Assembly (NCBI GenBank): GCA_013239625.1
Contig: MU056050.1
Span: 978,084 to 1,042,083, forward strand
Reading direction: 5' to 3'
Origin: Lama guanicoe
Lineage: Eukaryota
DNA length: 64,000 bases
Below are positions 39,543 to 50,063 of the stretch, piece by piece (within the stretch, counting starts at the first letter, position 1; every line of letters begins with the position of its first letter). The notes beneath the pieces were generated by a model. It saw nothing but the letters and a program-made list of their open reading frames with translations, was not told the origin of the DNA and did not search any database. A program made the position numbers and the translations under genes.

Positions 39543-42355
39543 AAGTAATTGCTACTATAGAGAAAAACATAGGATGGCCTGGGTGGGTCAGTGGGGAGAC
39601 CCCTACACAGATAGAAGAGTAAGAAGACCTGGAAAGGCTTCCTAGGAACAAAAGTGGTATCTGAGCTGAAACCCGTATTCCAGAGACAAGGGAAAGGATG
39701 TTGTGTTTGCCAATGCCTTTCCTTAGTAAAGTGGAAGAGCTTCTCAGCTTTTGAATGTAATCCTTAGTTCTGACCATGTTTTAGGGGTTTCATAGTCTGG
39801 CTGTGCTGTAAGGATCAGTTTTAACTGACCAAATGTTCCCTGGGACTGCCTTGACAGAGAAACATAAATTGTTTGGAAAATAATAATGATGAAATTGCCT
39901 TTGGAGTCTGGGATGCGGTAAAATGAATTCTCTTGTTTGTACACCTAGAGCGTGTACAATCAGTGTAATTCTCCCAGGAGCCTAATCAATATCTTCTCTT
40001 GTGTTTCATATTGAGCTCTATAGTAATAAACCTGAAAGGGGAAAAATGTTCTAAAATTATTTTACCAGCTCTGGTCATACAGATAGTACAGTGGAATTCA
40101 GATGTTTATATTTGTGGCCTGGCTCTGTCCTGCATGTCTTGTAGGATGCATTGGCCAGCCAGGTAGCCACACCTTCTGTCAAGATCATTATTTAAGAACA
40201 ACCTATAATTCAGGCTATATAAACATGAAAAAAATGGATGTGACTGAAATGTAATAAGAACAATGGAATATGGCCTTGTTTAGAAAAACTTACAGGAGGC
40301 AGCCCAGGTCTTTGTGGTGTCTCCTAATTATCACAAGATTTGTTGAAAGGGTCAAGTTAACATTTACAAAATTATGCACATGCAATGTGATATTCCTTTG
40401 GGACTATGCCAAAACGACTAACAGATATTTGGACAAAATAGATGTTTTGAAATATTTATTTCTGCTATATCCTATTTTTGGAGTTACTGTCTCCTCTACA
40501 CACAGTTAACTCATTTTTTTTCCTTTGTATTTATTTATTTAGGCAAGGGGATATCATAAATGAAACTAAACAACAAAAACAATAAACCCAATTGTTATGA
40601 CCTTTTATTGGGTAATCACCATGTACATTTGTCCCTATAATTGGGAATGAACAGATGCCAGAGTGGTATTTGGTATGTGTGGTTTGAGGCATAACATCCC
40701 ATAGGTTCAACTTGAAATGGAGTTAGAACTAAGGGCAATATATGATGGTAATCAGAGCAATGGGATTCTAGAATCCAAATTTCTTTACCCAACATTCAGA
40801 TAATGGTAATTTAGAATCTTAAAGAAAATTTGATTTACTTTACTACCATCGCAGAACATTAAATTTGAGAGTAATTCTTGGCTCTTCAAACAAGAATTCT
40901 GTTTTGGAATTGATCTAGAAGGGAAAGAGAAATACAGGTCATAGATATGTTTGGGCTTTGGATTTGATTTTTATTTTGTATCACTTATGATCGGTATTGT
41001 GTAATAGGAGTGTAGAAGTACTTATTTTTGAAAGCGTTAGTACTGGTGATTAAGTCTAAGCACTAACATTTTAAAAGGTATATAGACTGAAAGGCCTGCT
41101 ATAATTGGACTTACCTTGAACCAAATTAGATACTTGCCAGGGGATCTAATGAGTGATTCCAAAATGTAGAATAAGCCTCAACCTGTGTGTGGAAACTTAA
41201 CCCTGTATATTTTGTCCCAAATTCCTAGAGATTGTCAGCCTGCTTTGGGGAAGAAACCGGCTATTGGTTAATACTCTCTTGATTTCATTTTATGTGTGTG
41301 TTTACCTATCTCCCATTTCCAAAACATGTGAGCAGTTTTATATTTCTTGCTGTGCTTTCTCTTATAACTTCCTTTTGCCACTTTTCTGGACACTGGACTT
41401 TTGTTTGGTAAATGGTGGCTGTTACATAGCCAAGGCCATTAAGTTGTTGACTGTGCATTGGAATAAGCTTGCTGAATGTAAAATCATATCACATAGACCA
41501 AGATATAAATGAAAAAAACTCTCTTGAATGGAAAAAAAGTTACTATATGTTGACGAAATATAAGTAATTTTGCATATACTTGTGTTGATTGTTTTTTGCA
41601 ATTCAAAATACCCTGTGCTATTAAATTTGTATGTGTTAATGTAAAGCCGTTTTCCTGAGAAGAGATGCTTCCCATTCAACTACATAAAAATTCCTCCTCT
41701 TTGACTCTTGATTTCAGACTTCACTGTTGATGCATCTACTGAATTTGAGACAATGAGCAACAGAAATGTTTTCAAGTTTTGATAATTAAGGCAGAGGAGA
41801 GGAGCTATAAACAAACAAAATCGATTATAAATATTTTAGGCTCTTCAGAAAAGATTGTGTTAGATCTAGTAGTCTGGCATGATAAGTTGACTGTTTCTGG
41901 TTTTTGTTTTTGTGTTTTTTTTTGAAACTTCACCTGCTGCTATCAGCCTGAGTGAGATTAAATATGGGATATAAAGCAGAGAAATCAACTGTGCTTTTGA
42001 GTGTCCTTTTAGTGCCACTAATTTCAAGGCTTAGGGAAGGGGCAGCTAAAGGACAGTAGTTCTTTATGATAATGCAAAATACAGAATGTAATTTTAGTCT
42101 GTTTTATCCACCAATAGGTATAATGACAGCATTCAGACACTATGAAAGCTCGGTGTTGATACACAGTGGTACTCACCTCCAGTATTTCTGAAAGAATATG
42201 AGGACATAGCCGCTTTGTCATCTTACCTAGAGCCATGTATGTGGAAGCAGCTTGGGCTAATAAAGGTAAGTATATTTCCTTTTAATAAGTAAATATTGTT
42301 TCATCTCTGACCTCAGAGTTATTTAGCTGGACCATATGCCTTCCCGCCTGTCTAA

Positions 42356-43107
42356 AGCTGAGTAGGTGAGGAATCATTTGGAAAGTGTCAGTGATGTGAG
42401 GTTTGTTTTCCCACTCACAGCTAAATCAATTTTTAAAAAAACCTATGAAGCAAATGTCTCTTTTATAAATGTTAAAATATTACTGAGAGTATGGAAACAC
42501 GTATTTTAAAGAATTATTGTTTGTAGTGAGTAGAATAGTGCCCCTCTCCTCCAAAGGATTTATTCGCCTAGAAGCTTAGAAAGTGCTGTTATGTGGAATG
42601 AGAGTCTTTGCAGATGTAATTAAGGTAAGGGTCTGGAGATGAGATCGTTTTGAATGAGGGTGAGCCCTAAGTCTAATGATGAGCATGTATATAGGATACT
42701 GAAAAGAATACACAGAGACACAGGAAAAAGCCATGTAAAGACAGAGGAAGAGGTTAGAATTATGTTGTCACAAATGACGGGTGACCTAGTGTCATCAGAA
42801 GACAGAAAAGGCAAGGAAGGATTTTCTCTTAGACACTTTAGAGGGAACATAGCCCTGTTGATACCTTGATTTTGGACTTCTGGCCTCGAGGGCTGTGAGA
42901 ATATAATTTGATTGTTTTAAGCCCCTAAGTTTGTGGTAATTTGTTACCACAGCCCAAGGAAACTAATACAGTATTATATAAAGAGTTTCTACAAATAAAA
43001 AGAATAAGATTATCAACCAACTCAATAGAAAAATGTGAAAATCTGTGAACAAGCAAGTCACAGAAAATGTAAGTAGCTGAGTAGGTGAGGGATCATTTGG
43101 AAAGTGT
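42356..43107 (+). repeat. Spaced 33-bp direct repeat (42356-42388 and 43075-43107; 32/33 identical)
   Basis: agctgagtaggtgaggAatcatttggaaagtgt vs agctgagtaggtgaggGatcatttggaaagtgt. Flanks unrelated. Confidence 0.95.
42522..42970 (+). mobile_element. MLT1B-like (MaLR) solo LTR
   Basis: TGTAGTG... start, 'gtctttgcagatgtaattaagg', and end 'gtttgtggtaatttgttaccacagcccaaggaaactaataCA'. Confidence 0.88.
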
Positions 43108-43935
43108 AATAATTATATAAAGTATTTCCAAAGTCATCAATGTTTGAAGAAATTTTAGCAATTATAAGACATTTTCCCATCAAACTGACAAGTATTAAAT
43201 CAACCTGTAGGACGGTGTTAGTGAAGTGGTTTCTCTCATACACATTTAGTGGGCAAATGAATTAGTAAGCTTTTGTTGGAAGACAATTTGACAGCAGCTG
43301 TTAATATTTCAAACGTGTATACTTTGTAATCCTAAAACTTCACTTCTACGAATCTATTCCCACAATTAATAGCAATAGTGCAAAAAACTATATACCTAAG
43401 AATGCTGGTTGCAGCATCATAGTAGTAAAACATTGGCAACGTCCTAAATGTCTATCCATAGTGGAATAGTTAAGTATCTAATGACAGTGTTGCCCAGTGG
43501 AAGAGTGTAGTGGTTAAGAGCCAGACTGCTGGGTCAACTCCTGACTGGTAGCTTGATGGCTGTGTGATCTTGAGCAAGTTACTTAATCTTTTTTTCCCCT
43601 CAGTTTCTTCATCTGCAAAAAGAGGATAAAGATAGTTAAGACTTCATAGTATTGCTATTAGTAATAGAGTAGTCCATACTTGTAAAAGGTTTAGAACAGT
43701 GACTGGTTAATAGCAAATGCATTCAAATATATGTTAATAATATTTCTTTGTGAGTATCAATATCATTAATATGATTCGATTAAAAAGTAAAATGTACAGA
43801 CAGACTTGGAACTCTATGACATATCTTCAATGTAAAAAGTAAGTTACAGAGCTGTATGTATAGCACAACCCATTTGTGTATCCTCAACACATGCACAAAA
43901 AAGTTCATACTTGCATGTCAGTATATCTCTATGCA
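42971..43935 (+). mobile_element. Ancient L1ME-like ORF2 end/3' UTR fragment, interrupted by a MIR (~43495-43740)
   Basis: 'caactcaatagaaaaatgtgaaaatctgtgaacaagcaagtcacagaa', 'ttttgttggaagacaatttgacag', 'cctaaatgtctatcc'. MIR core 'tgtgtgatcttgagcaagttacttaatc...ctcagtttcttcatctgcaaaa'. Confidence 0.75.
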
Positions 43936-43939
43936 CAGT

Positions 43940-44483
43940 TTGTGTGCTAACCTGGTTGTCTGTTGCTATATAACAAACCAACTTATATTTAGTGACTTAA
44001 AACTATTACTGTTATTTCACTATTTTATGCACCAACTGTGTTCAGTAGAATGTCACTCATTTGACTGTTTTATGTGTGTTCACAGTCAATAGTGGCTGGA
44101 GTTGGAGTCATTTGAAGGTATGACTTGGTCTCGGAAATCCAGTATGGTTCAATTACTGGTCTGGCAATTGATGCTGACTCAGTTGGGAGTATTGAATATA
44201 GCACCTACATATGGCCACTCTGTGTGTCTTGAGCTTCTTGGTAGTGTGTTGTCTGATTCTCTGATGGAGTTTCACAAAAGGAAACATCTTAAGAAATCCA
44301 GGTGGAAACTCTAAGTCTTCTGACCTGGCCTCAAAAGTCATATAGCCTCACTTTTGTTATTCTGTAGGTCAAGAACAAGTTACAGGACCAGCACAGAGTC
44401 AAGGAATGGGAATTCCAGAAAGATATGAGTACTGGGAAATATGGTTTATTGGAGGGGGCATCTTTGGAGACAAGCCTATGACA
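43940..44483 (-). mobile_element. MLT1F/G/H-like (MaLR) solo LTR
   Basis: 'tgtctgttgctatataacaaacc...ttagtgacttaaaac...tgacctggcctcaaaagtcatatagcctcactt...ggcatctttggagacaagcctatgaCA'. Confidence 0.8.
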
Positions 44484-44709
44484 TATGGATATAGAAACAA
44501 TTGGGAAGAATTGATCCTATCTTTTAGCAATGTTTATTTCTTGAGGCGGGGGGAATAGAAAAGCAGTAGGCTGAAACAGGGAGGCTTTTGCTTCTTCATG
44601 GACTTCAGAAAAGTGTCTGAATGATCAATGATTTTGCCTTACTTTCATTCTTCCTTAATTTCTACTTAAAATCACACAAAAGCAAATGCAGGATTCAGTT
44701 AATTAAAGA

Positions 44710-44762
44710 ATATAATATATATATAAAATATATATATAAAATATTATATACATATATATAAA
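44710..44762. repeat. Imperfect (AT)n low-complexity tract
   Basis: tataatatatatataaaatatatatataaaatattatatacatatatata. Confidence 0.85.
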
Positions 44763-44940
44763 ACTGTCAACAATAGGCAATTCATACATTATTTAAACAG
44801 TTCTAAGACATAAAGAAGGAAAACGTCTCAGTTCTATGACTGGTTAAGAGGTCATTTATTACACCTGTCTTTCCTTTCCACACTCTCCAGATTCTCTTTG
44901 TCTACCTGGAAAATCAGCTCGTTCACTTTTCTTTACTAGG

Positions 44941-45285
44941 TGTCAGTCCATTTGAACTGCTATAAAATAATATCACAGACTGTAGCTTATGAACAACTGA
45001 AATTTATTTCTCACAGTCCTGGAGGCTGGAAGTCTAAGGTCAGGGTGTCAGCATGGTTGGATGAGGACCCACTTTTGGGTTGCAGACTTACCTTTGTATC
45101 CTTACATGGTAAAAGGGGCAGGGAATCTCTCTTGAGCCTCTTATGTAAGAACATTAATTCCATGAGGTAGGATTCAGCCCTCATTGTTTGATTACCTCCC
45201 AGAGGTCCCATCTCCTAATGCCACTAGGTTTGGGGGTTAGGATTCAATGTATGAACTTTAGGGGAGACAAATTCAGACTGTAGTA
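44941..45285 (-). mobile_element. MLT1A0-like (MaLR) solo LTR
   Basis: 'gaaatttatttctcacagtcctggaggctggaagtctaaggtcagggtg'. Perfect 5-bp TSD ctagg (44936-44940, 45286-45290). Confidence 0.9.
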
Positions 45286-45659
45286 CTAGGGGAGATCAAA
45301 TTTTCATTCCTGAGATATCTGTCATTAATGTTCATATCTATGTGAAGTTTCTGTGATCTTCATTAACTGTGTTCCAAATACACTTTTCCTTTGTAGAACT
45401 TTGTGGCAGAAATCATATTTCTCTTTGATAGTTTGAACAGCAAATACCTATTGAAAGTGTTTTGCATACCAGACACCATGCTAGATGCTGCAAATACATC
45501 AGTGAACAAGATGGAAAAAGACAGTCTAGTGTGATGAGACAGAGAGTAAATACAATAAACAACTACGCAGTGCTCTGGATGCTGATGAAATACTGCTATG
45601 AGCTAAAGTGAAGAAAGGAGAGGGATGGAAAGATAGAGGTGCTAGAGTAAAGGTGAGGA

Positions 45660-48600
45660 GTCTCCAATTTCCAATAACATTTTTGGACAAGACTATGCTT
45701 AAAGATGGTATTTTAGACTTCTCCAGATTTCATCAAAGCACAAATCAGGTTCCTTCTCAATACCTGCGCATCAGGTGGAACAATTATCTACTGCAGTGTA
45801 GATCTTCATCTAAGGTCACCTCTTTACCTGGCAAAGAATTAAAGGATTTGACCTGCAGATTTGAAGTATATACTGCAGCGAGCCAGGCAGAAGTAATTCC
45901 AAGAGTGGCTGTGGGAGAAACAGCAACATATATTAGTTATTTCCTTTTAAGCTACCCATTTGGTTCCATTGTGAGTTTTCCACTAGGTCACCTCAAAATT
46001 TCGTATAGCCAGCTACCTCTGTGAAATGGAGTTCATGCTACATACAGTAATTTCCTCAAAGTTTTAGCTTCATGGTCTTGTTTTTTGCTGAATAAAGGTC
46101 AAAATTCTTAACATAGCTCTATATTGCATAAGTAGGCCATTCACTAACTTCATGAATGGTGTTTGAAAGAAGCATGGTGTGAAAGGAAGAAAAATCCATA
46201 TCCAGATGATCTATTGCAGTGAGGACAGACTGCTGTTGTCTTTATGATAGAAGAGATACAGTATTCTCTACTTGCCACTACAGGCCTCTCTGGTTACTCT
46301 AGGTAATAATACTGTGTTTGGTACTCAGAGTTGGTTTCTACCATTGCCAGTTTGGGCACTAAAGCAGATTTTTTTCCCCCAAAGATGTTCATAACATTAT
46401 CTTCCTTCCCATATTCTCTTTATTAAAAGTAACTTGCTACTTCTCCATCAAGAAATGGAGTCTTTGTACTCCCCCGCTGATCCCGGATGGACCTATTTGA
46501 CTGACTACCAATATAGTATGGCAGAAATGACACTGCGTATTTTAGGGTAGGTCACAAAGAGGGTTTTTTCTTGGGAGGCTTATTTTGCATCCTAGTAACC
46601 ATCCTGTGAGGAAGCAAAGCAGACCATGGAGAAGCCCACGTGGACAGGAAGTGAAGTCCCCAAACTTCAGCCACAGCTGAGCTCCCAGCCAATAGTCAGC
46701 TGCAATTGCCAGCAATGCATGTGGCATATTGGAATTGGATCTGCCCGTTCCCATTCTGAGCTGCCTCAGCTGATACTACTTGAAATAGAGAGGAAGCTTC
46801 TACCCAAATCCATGCCCAAATTGCAAATTTGTGAGCTAATGAAATTATTTTTATTTTAAGCCATTAGGTTTTGGTGTCGATTGTTATGCAGCAATAGATA
46901 ACTTGAATAGTACATTAATAAGAATAGTTGTTAACCCAGCGTGACAAGGTGAGGCTATAGAGAATCATCATCCTTACTACTATGAACATTTTATTCCATG
47001 AGCTCATTGAAAAAACATTGTAGAGGCTAGGAAAGGAGACTGTTATCTGCATGGCTTGTCATCTTGTCCACTCGGTTATTAACAACTTTTTCTGTAAAGA
47101 TGTGTCTTTTGGTGATTATTCAAAAAGGACACAGATATAGTCACAATCTTGGCCAATTATAAAATGCCAGTTTATATACTTAATCTTCAGATTGCTTTGT
47201 CACCAATTCCCCAATACCTGACAATATGGCTAAGTCCCAGGCAATATGACCAAACCATTATCTACTGCCCATTAATTAGGTAGATCCATCTCTCAGATCA
47301 TCTCTCCTTACAAGCAGAGTGGAAAACCATATTACTGCTAAAGTTCTGATCACGGGGAGGAATTCCTTTCTCACTGTTCTTCAGGGCCACCATTGAGTGG
47401 GTCTGAGTTGTTGGCATCTTAGGAAGGTGCCAGCATATTTTGCGGAGTCACCTTTAAGTGAGGCTTGATTTTTTTTCCTCCTCTTAAGGAATCCTCATTG
47501 AGTCTACAGGTGTAGGAGAAGAAGTGATGGCAGTGTGACAGAAGTAGGCACACTGGCATTCTGAGTGCTGCTCCTCATGTAACTTACATGTGCCTTTAAC
47601 CATAGTTCCTGTATACCACTTTTGGTTGATAGTGGAAGCCTCTTTGGCATATTTGATTTGTGATGACTACAAGGTCCAGAAGGTTTTTCATCATCAGGCA
47701 TTCAGTGTCTAGCAGGATTCCCCAGTAAGTCAAAAGTAGTTTTCATAAAGGAGAAGAGATATTTAGTAGAGGAGGCAGTGGTTTTGCTTTCAAACTCTAG
47801 GAATCTCTGCTGTGAACGTGTTATCAAGGATTGGCCTGGATTTTGTACAGAATTTCATAGTGCAGTATACTTCAAAAATTGGGTGGGCTGGTACATAGTA
47901 GTCAAGTGCCAAATTTACTTGCATAACATTGTAGTCTGGAATATCTGGAGATCCTTGGATATATATAATTTTGATCTTTAACCAAAGCCTTTGGCTACTT
48001 GATATATGTGTTGGAGCAGCATGCCCTTATGTGATTTCTGTAGAGTCCCATCAAGTACTGTACCTCTTTCTTAAAGTTTAGCAGAGTGAGATGGAGGGAC
48101 TTGTCTTCCACTTTGGAAGGAGTATCACATCATTATCCAGGCTACCAGACCCCTGGTAAACTTTATCAATGTTTAGGTTCCCAATTTTTGTGGGATCTAT
48201 CTCGTATTGTAAGCATCTATCTGACCAAGGTATCCAAGGTAACTGCTGCTACTTCTTACTCACCTGGCCCTGTGATCATACTGTCATCATTAGTATCAAC
48301 AAGCAAGATGTCTTGAGGCACGTTGACATGATCGATGTCCCTGGGGACTAAATTATAACACAAATCTGGAAAGTTAATGTACCCTTGAGGCAAGATGGTA
48401 AACGTTTAGTGCTGTACCTACCAGGTGAAAGCTAAGAACTTAGTTTTTTGTTGTCTGTTTATTGGGATGGGAGAAAAAGTATTTGCCAGAGTCATAGTTG
48501 TATACCAGGTGCTGGAGATCATATTGATTTGTTCCATAAAATTGACTTGTCTAAACTGCAGCTGCAGTTGAAATAACCACCTGATTAAGCTTAAGATGAT

Positions 48601-49800
48601 TCATTACTCTGCTCCAAGATGATTTTGTCTCGTGTGTAGGCCAAACAGATGATTTAAATGAAGATAGGAAAGGATGTACATATTTCAAACATTTGATGAC
48701 ACTATCAGTCATTTTGATTCCCCTTAGGCAGTTGTTTCTTATTTTGGTAGGAGGGGTGAGTCCAGATGTTTTCTCATGACCCATCTCCCTGTAAGTCAGG
48801 GAGCCAATATGAGTATTTTGCTCACTATTCAAATTACATATCAGTTACTGGAGTAGTAACTATGAGACAATTTAGAGATCTCCTGAGCTCCAAAACTCCA
48901 TCTGTCAACTGAGCTTATAAATCCCTCTTTGACCAGAGGACTATAGTGATGTACTGAGATATTAACTTTGTGTTAGGTTTAGTGTCTACTAATACCTGAA
49001 AGATATGATTAATCTCTTTTCTCTAAGCTACAGGCTCATTGATAATGGCTTTAATCCTTGTGATTTTAGTATAAGATCTTTCCTCAAGGATTCCCTGCCT
49101 ATCTTTTATTCAAAAGTAGTGAGTTTGTTAACTATCCTTAGATTTGTGGCCTAATTGAGGGGCAGTGATTCGTTATTTTGATAGTTCAAATCTTTTAACC
49201 AGACTTAGAATTAATTTCAGTTTTATGAGTTAAATGAGACATTAGTGGGCTTCCCATCCATTTCAGTCCAGGGTATTCAATAATCAATTTTCTTCTATCA
49301 GAGATCCTTGAAGATCATTTCAGTATGATTGAAAGCTGCCTTGTCCATTACATTAACCCTGCCTGCATTGCCTCTGACTGTCAAGTACTGTTATTTGGCA
49401 TCTGCCACCTTGAGATACTACCATCCCCATTGGAATGAGAAGCCTTGTTAAGTGACAGAATCTACTCCCTTCATCCTCAACCTAGGGAGGACACCCATCA
49501 TCATAGTTATCAAGGATGCTGGTTCTACCTTCATCAGTGGGTTTCACCATGTAATGATGAAGAAATAGTCTTCTGGACCCTCTTGTAAGACAGAGTTAAC
49601 AGGTGGCTTAGCATGTTAAAAATGACAATTCCATTCCAATGCTCATATTTCCATAAGAATTTATATTTATTTCTTCTTTATTATAGCTAGAAATAACCAA
49701 CCAAGCACACAGAAATACAGCTCTTTAGATTAGCACCTGTAATCCAGAATCTCTGATGAATGCATTCATTTTGCAACAAAGGCTTCAGCTAATTGTACAG
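45660..49800 (-). mobile_element. ERVL internal region #1 (gag fragment-PR-RT-RNaseH-IN-dUTPase), heavily decayed
   Basis: On the minus strand: PR 'FQVLVDT' ~48980-49002. ORF 48551..48832 (HIGSLTY...SVWP...SW...KLNQVVISTAAAV) is the ERVL RT N-terminus. FTILPQGYIN ~48375-48403 is followed by a degenerate 'DTNDD' (YxDD). IN zinc-finger remnant CPNW ~46350. Confidence 0.88.
46365..46908 (+). mobile_element. MLT1F/G-like (MaLR) solo LTR nested in the ERVL integrase
   Basis: 'cttctccatcaagaaatggagtct...ccatcctgtgaggaagc...ttttaagccattaggttttggtg...ttgttatgcagcaatagataac'. ERVL pol resumes on both sides. Confidence 0.85.
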
Positions 49801-49819
49801 GGACCTCTGGAGGTTAAAA

Positions 49820-50063
49820 TGCCCTTCTCAGTTGTCTCCCGCTGGGAAAAGGGACCAGACTTTTATATCCCACAATAATCATTCACTAGATACGAGCTGC
49901 CCTGGGAAGGGGATGCAACCTTGAGTAAGATGGCTCTCTTCAGTCAAGGACAAGCCTGGAGAAGACACTGTTGAGATAAGTCTCAGCAACTGGGATAATA
50001 AGTGTTTTAGTTTTTGTGGGAGTAGTGGGGGAACATGGACCTTGCATCATAGGATCCACTATA
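49820..50063 (-). mobile_element. LTR16-like ERVL LTR (5' part only)
   Basis: Reverse complement begins TATAGTGGATCCTATGATGC (cf. TGTAGTGGATGCTGTGGTGC). 'gcaaccttgagtaagatggctctcttcag' is an LTR16 motif. Abuts a PPT-like 'agggaatgaac' (reverse of 50064-50074). Confidence 0.75.

Noticed and set aside
39937..39959. 8-bp inverted repeat ttgtacac...gtgtacaa (a similar 7-bp one lies at 34775-34789)
   Set aside because: Short palindromes of this size are expected by chance in 64 kb of AT-rich DNA.
45608..46024. 138-aa ORF as a novel or co-opted retroviral protein
   Set aside because: It lies antisense to the decayed ERVL IN/dUTPase region, starts at GTG and has no recognisable motifs.
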